Positions 59,052-64,000 of a stretch of 64,000 nucleotides of DNA are shown here, in pieces (within the stretch, counting starts at the first letter, position 1; each line of letters begins with the position of its first letter). A model generated the notes under the pieces. It saw only the letters and a list, made by a program, of their open reading frames with translations. It did no database searches and was not told the origin of the DNA. The position numbers and the translations under genes were made by a program. The DNA is from Rebecca billardiae RCC1528 (lineage: Eukaryota; Protista; Haptophyta), in NCBI GenBank assembly GCA_965240325.2, contig OZ251241.1, positions 868,001 through 932,000 on the forward strand. Direction: 5' to 3'.

Positions 59052-61428
59052 CTAGTAATTATTCATCCCGCGACTGCGCGTGTAAGGCGACGTCGAGTGC
59101 TGCGAATCGTCCGAGTGATGGTGGCCGCGCGCGCCGCTGTCGGGGCCCATCCGTCTCCGCACGAGGGGGCTGGGTGTGTGCTCGCGCTTGCGGTGGCTGC
59201 TGCCACCCGCGCCCTTCACACCCGCCCGCTTATTCCCGCGCAGCGGCCACGGCATCGACGGCGACGTGCCGGTCTGCCACAGGTGCTCCAGCGTCATCTT
59301 GAGCGTGATACAGACCACGCCCAGAATCGACAGGATGAAGATCAGCGCCACCATCACCACCCAGCCCCAGAAGCTGCGGCGGCGCGAGCGCGTGTGCGAG
59401 CGGGCGCGCGCGCACGCGCCCAGGGCGGGGGCTGTGAGCCGCGGCGCACGCCGCGCGTGCGCGCGGGGCGGGCGTCGCGCGTCGCGCGCGGCGGCGCGCG
59501 CGGCGGCGCGCGGCGCACCGGCTCGGCCAGAGGCACAGCCGCAGGCTGCCCGCCAGCGTGAACTTGACGGTGCATTCCTTCTCAAAGGCTTCCGCCTCCG
59601 CTGACGAGTCGCCCGCGGTGGCGGTGCTCGGCGCGGCCTCCTCCGCCGTCGTGTTGCCCAGCTGCACGGGGAAGTTGATCCAGCGGCGGTACGTCGGGAT
59701 GAAGGCCGGCATCATGATGCAGACCGCGTCATCAGAGCCGTCCTGTGCGGAGCGCGACGCGACGCGGCGCAACGCGCGCGTGCGGGCGGCGCGGGCGAGT
59801 GTTGGTCAGCGCGCGCTCGGCTGCGCGCGCGCAGCTACGGGGCGCGGGCCGCGAGGCAGCACGGGTACGCGCGCAGCGGTGCCACGCGGCAGCACGCGCG
59901 CACAACCGCGCACGCTCCGTCCGCCCGACCGCGCGCGCGCGCCCGTCCCCCCATCCGACCGACCACGACCGCGCGCGCGTGCGTGCGCCCCGCCCGACCG
60001 ACCGCGCGGCGCGTGCGTGCGCGCGCCCACCTCCACAAAGCACGTCCACTCCTCGGTGAGAGATGCGATCTCGTCGAGGGTGAAGGCCTGCAGCAGCCCG
60101 TCCAGTTTGTACGCGAGTGTGAACGTGATCTCGTCGCCGTCCTTCACCTGCGAGGGCCGGGCGGCAGGCGCGCGCGAGGCGCGCGCCGTGAGCCGCACGC
60201 GCCGCCCAGCCGCGGCGCGATCTCGCGGCGATCTCGCGGCGATCTCGCGGCGATCTCGCGGCGATCTCGCGGCGATCTCGCGGCGATCTCGCCGCGTGCC
60301 CTGAGCGCGCCAGCGTTCGCCGTCGCGCCCGCCGCGCGCCCAGCGGCGGCATGGCGCGGCGGCGTGCCCCCGGCGCGCGGCGCCGCACCTCCACCTCCTC
60401 CGGCAGCGGCGCGGCCAGGTGGAAGCAGCGCGGCAGCCGGAAGTAGAAGTCCTCCGCCATCGTGGCGCCTCGGAACGAAAAGTAGGTTCCGTTGAGAGCG
60501 TTCTCGAGGCACGTCTGTACCACCACAAAGCTGCAAGGGCGGCGGCGCGCGCGCGGGGAGGTTGGCGCGGCGGCGCGCTCGAGGCACGCGGCACACGCCG
60601 CCAACGCCCCCTCCGCTCCGCGCCCGTCGCACCACGGCGCCGCCGCCGCCGCACGCGCCGCGCGCGCGCGCGCACCGGTACAGGCCAGGAGTAATGTACT
60701 GGCGGAAGGGATTCAGAATGTCGGCGATGCTCTCGGTCTGGTCGGCGAGCTCGAGCCAGCCCTGCACCTGGTTGGGGTACTTCCACTCGGTGGTGATGTC
60801 GCAGTCGTCGATCACGCTGTCGCCGTCCGGGTCGCACTCCTGGTTCGTGTAGATCCGGCGCTCGTGCATCTCGAGGCTCAGATTGCCGCTCGGATTGCGC
60901 GGCCCCACCACGTCGCCGTACACTGGCAGGCGGCTCTCGGGCTCAATGTCGTTGGCGAGGTACGCGGCGAGCAGCTTCATCCGCATCGAGACGGGGGTCG
61001 TGGTCTGCACGCAGCATGGCCGCGCGCGGAGGCGATGGCGCGGTCGGCACACGGGTCGCGGCGCGGCGCGCGCTCGCCCGCCGCGCGGGCGCCCGCGCCG
61101 GCCGTGCGGGCGCGAGCGCGCGCATGGCAGGCAGCAAGCAGCGCCGCGCGCACACCAGGTCAGCGAGCGCGCCGTCCTCGTCGCGCGTGGTGTTGTTCGA
61201 GATCTGCAGGAGCACCGATGCCAGCGGCGTCTCGCGTGGCCTGAACTCCGCCAGCGACACCACGTACCCCATGAAGGACACCGAGCCCGCGACGAGGGCG
61301 CCGAGCAGGATGACGAGATACGAGCCTCGCACCTCGATCTCGATCTCCGACTCGCGAGATATGGGGAGGGCATTCGTGCTGCCGCGCTCGATGTGGCGCT
61401 CCGAGCGGAACTGCTTGGCGGACACCAT
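59052..61428 (-). CDS. Hypothetical two-TM membrane protein with Cys-containing luminal domain; introns 61005-61155, 60531-60675, 60148-60388, 59743-60030, 59374-59518
   Basis: ATG at 61428 (MVSAKQF). Five GT-AG introns join protein-like exons in frame. TM segments are YLVILLGALVAGSVSFMGYVV and FWGWVVMVALIFILSILGVVCI. Confidence 0.75.
60218..60292. repeat. Intronic 11-bp tandem repeat (CGATCTCGCGG) x ~7
   Basis: Six perfect units plus a partial one inside intron 60148-60388. Confidence 0.92.
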
Positions 61429-61588
61429 GCGGCTCACACGCCCGCCCTGGCCAGGCCGCCACCCTGCTGATCCCGGCAAAAGCCAAGCCCAAGCAACCGG
61501 CGCGCTCAGCTCCGGATGACTGCTCCCGGACTCCTCCACAGCCTACTCGCCCAGCCGGCGCCGGCTGGTCACAGCGAGGGGCACGACG

Positions 61589-63783
61589 ATGTCGTCGGCC
61601 GACCTCGCCACTCGCGCCGCCGCCGATGCGCGCGCCGACGAGATCGACGCGGAGGAGCGCTTCCACCGGCTCGAGCAGGCGCAGGTGTCGCTGCGCCAGG
61701 AGAATGCCGAGCTCGCCGCCGAGCGCGACGCGCTCGCCGCCGAGCGCGACGCGCTTCGCGCGCGCGACGCGGAGCGCGAGCGCGCGCGCGCGAGCGCCGC
61801 CGACGAGGCGCGCACGCTCTCGTCGAAGCACGCGGAGCTGACGCGCGAGAAGGAGCAGGCCGAGTCCGAGCGGCAGCGCCTGCTCACCGCCGCGGCGACG
61901 CGCGACGAGCAGCTCAAGCTCGTCGAGCGCCAGCTCGGCGAGGCGAACGCGCGCGTGCTCGAGCTCACGCGCGGGATGCAGGCCGAGACGGGCAAGCTGG
62001 TGACGACCGAGTCGTCGGAGCGCACGCTCAAGGTGGAGGTGGAGCGGCTGCGCCAGGAGAAGGGCGCGCTCGAGCGCCGCCTCGCGCTCTCCGAGGAGCA
62101 GGCCTCCGCGCGCGCCGAGCAGCTGCTCGCCGAGCTGGGCGGCGCGACGTCAGCGCTCGAGCACAAGGCAGACGAGTGCCGCCGGCTCGAGGCGGAGCTG
62201 TCGAGCGCGCGGCGCGAGCGCGACACGGCGAAGGAGCTGGCGGAGCGGTACATCGCCGACGCCCAGGCCGCGCGCGCCGAGAAGGCCGACGCCGCCGCCG
62301 ACGCCGAGCAGCTCGCCGAGGGGCTTCGGCAGGAGCGTGACGCGGCCGCCAACCTCGCGCGGCTGCGCGAGGCGTCGGAGGCGGACGCGCGCGGCCTGCT
62401 GGAGCGCGCGGAGAAGCTGGCGGGCGAGCTGCGCGAGCAGGTGCGCGCGGTGCAGGCGCGCGCGGCCGAGGCCGAGCGCGCCAAGGCCGACCTCGACGCG
62501 CGCCTCGCCGACGCCGAGGGCCGCGCGGCCGCGGCCGCGGCGGACGCGGACGCGGCGCGCGCCGCGCCAGAGGCACGGCTGCTGACGACGACGAGTGCCG
62601 TCACGGCGGCGCTCGGCGGCGCGGGCGGCGCGGCGAGCGGCGCGTTCGCCCGCCTCGCCGCCCTCGAGGCCGAGCTCGCCGACGAGCGCGCCGCTCGGCA
62701 GCGGCTGGAGACCACCTACTCCTCCCTCGAGGCCGAGATTGCATCTCGCGTGCCGCAGGTGCGCGCGCGCGCACCGCACTGCACCGCACCGCGCCGCACT
62801 GCGCCGCACCGCACCGCGCCGCGCCGCACCGCGCCACCCGCACTGCGCTGCACCGCGCCGCGCCGCACCGCGCCGCACCGCACCGCACCGAGTGCCGTGC
62901 GGCGCCGTGCACGCGCGGCCGCCTCCGCGCCCGTGCCGCCGCGCGCCGTGCCCTGCGCCGCGCATCGGCGCCGCGCCCTCGGCCGCGCCCCCACCCTCTC
63001 ACGCCCCCGCCCCGCACGCGCCCCCGGCCGCGGCCGCTCGTGTGGTGCGGCGCGCCGTGCCTTCCCGCCGCGCCGCGCAGATCCAGCGGATGCGCGCGCA
63101 GGGCGAGGCGAGCGCCGCGGCGCACGCCGAGGCGGCCTCGCGCCTCGAGCTCGCGCTGCGCGAGGGCGAGCACTTGCGCGTCGCGTGCGCGGACGCGGAG
63201 GCGATCGCGCGCAGCTCGGGCGCGGAGGCGCGCGCGAGCGCGCGCGAGGCGGAGGACCTCGCGCGCCAGCTGCGCCTCGTGCTGCGCGAGAACGAGCGGC
63301 TGCGCAACGGCGGCGCCGCGCCCGCGCAGCAGACGACGACGCCGGCGCTCACGCCGCCGCCCTCGGCGCCCGGTGCCATCAACCTCGGCGCAGGGCCGTC
63401 CGCGGCGGGCGACTGGGCGGGCTCGGCCGAGGCGGTGGTAGCGGGCACGCCCGCGCTGCGGCGCGGCGCGGCGCGCGGCGGCGGCTCGTTGCTCACGCTC
63501 ACGCCCGGCTCGGCCGACGCCGCGATCACCGGCTCGGGCATCGCCGACTTCGCCACCGTCGACGAGCTGCAGACGCGCAACCAGCAGCTGCTCCGGCTTG
63601 TGCGTGCGCTGTCAGACGATGTGGAGAGCGCTCGCGCGGACGCGGAGGCGGCGGTGCAGGCGGGCGTGGAGGCGCGGCTGGCGGAGGTGTCGGCGGAGAT
63701 GGGCGCGATGCGCGCCGCGCGCGCCGAGCTCGAGGCCAAGCTCGCCGCGATCACCGCCGAGCGCGACTTGCTCCGCCTCTCGC

Positions 63784-63814
<31 letters not shown>

Positions 63815-64000
63815 GGCGGGCTCGCCCGCGCGCGGCGGCGGCGGCGCGCTCGTGCGGCGCGGGAGCGATGGCGGCGTCGCGCCCATGTCGCCGGCGGGCG
63901 AGATGATGGCGGTGGGCAGCCCGGACGTGGCGGCCGCGGCGGCCGCGGCCGCCGCCGCCGCGACCGAGACCGCCCGCGCCGAGCACGAGGCCTACCGCGA
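61589..64000 (+). CDS. TPR: Nucleoprotein TPR/Mlp1/NUA-like nuclear-basket coiled-coil protein, 5' part (intron 62759-63080; runs off window)
   Basis: ATG at 61589 and a long coiled coil. RLETTYSSLEAEIASRVPQ|IQRMR and FATVDELQTRNQQLLRLVRALSDDVE resemble conserved TPR/NUA blocks. Confidence 0.72.

Overview
Very GC-rich eukaryotic nuclear DNA with short GC-rich GT(GCGC)...CAG spliceosomal introns, (S)PPP-rich surface proteins and AT/CT microsatellites between genes. This style resembles a haptophyte such as Diacronema/Pavlova (inference only). About 11 genes are supportable. The housekeeping-type genes are PRP19, a TPR/Mlp1/NUA-like nucleoporin that runs off the right end, a sulfotransferase, an Sfi1-like protein and several hypothetical membrane or coiled-coil proteins. 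Two loci stand out. (1) A tandem cluster of three intronless ARM-repeat + BTB/BACK genes (18.4-27.0 kb) carries 1, 17 and 3 copies of a 126-bp ARM module with a constant scaffold and a variable, recombined helix 3. It looks like a diversifying Cullin3-type substrate-receptor family and lies among TE remnants, with two TIR elements inserted upstream of copy 3. (2) A ~7,027-aa multi-pass membrane protein (31.2-52.4 kb) has a NIDO-like domain and two duplicated TMEM132-like blocks, each with two cohesin-like modules, Ig-like domains and a dockerin-like module, separated by SPPP rods. Most ORFs in the supplied track are GC-rich shadow frames. All domain calls are motif recognition by eye; no searches were run.
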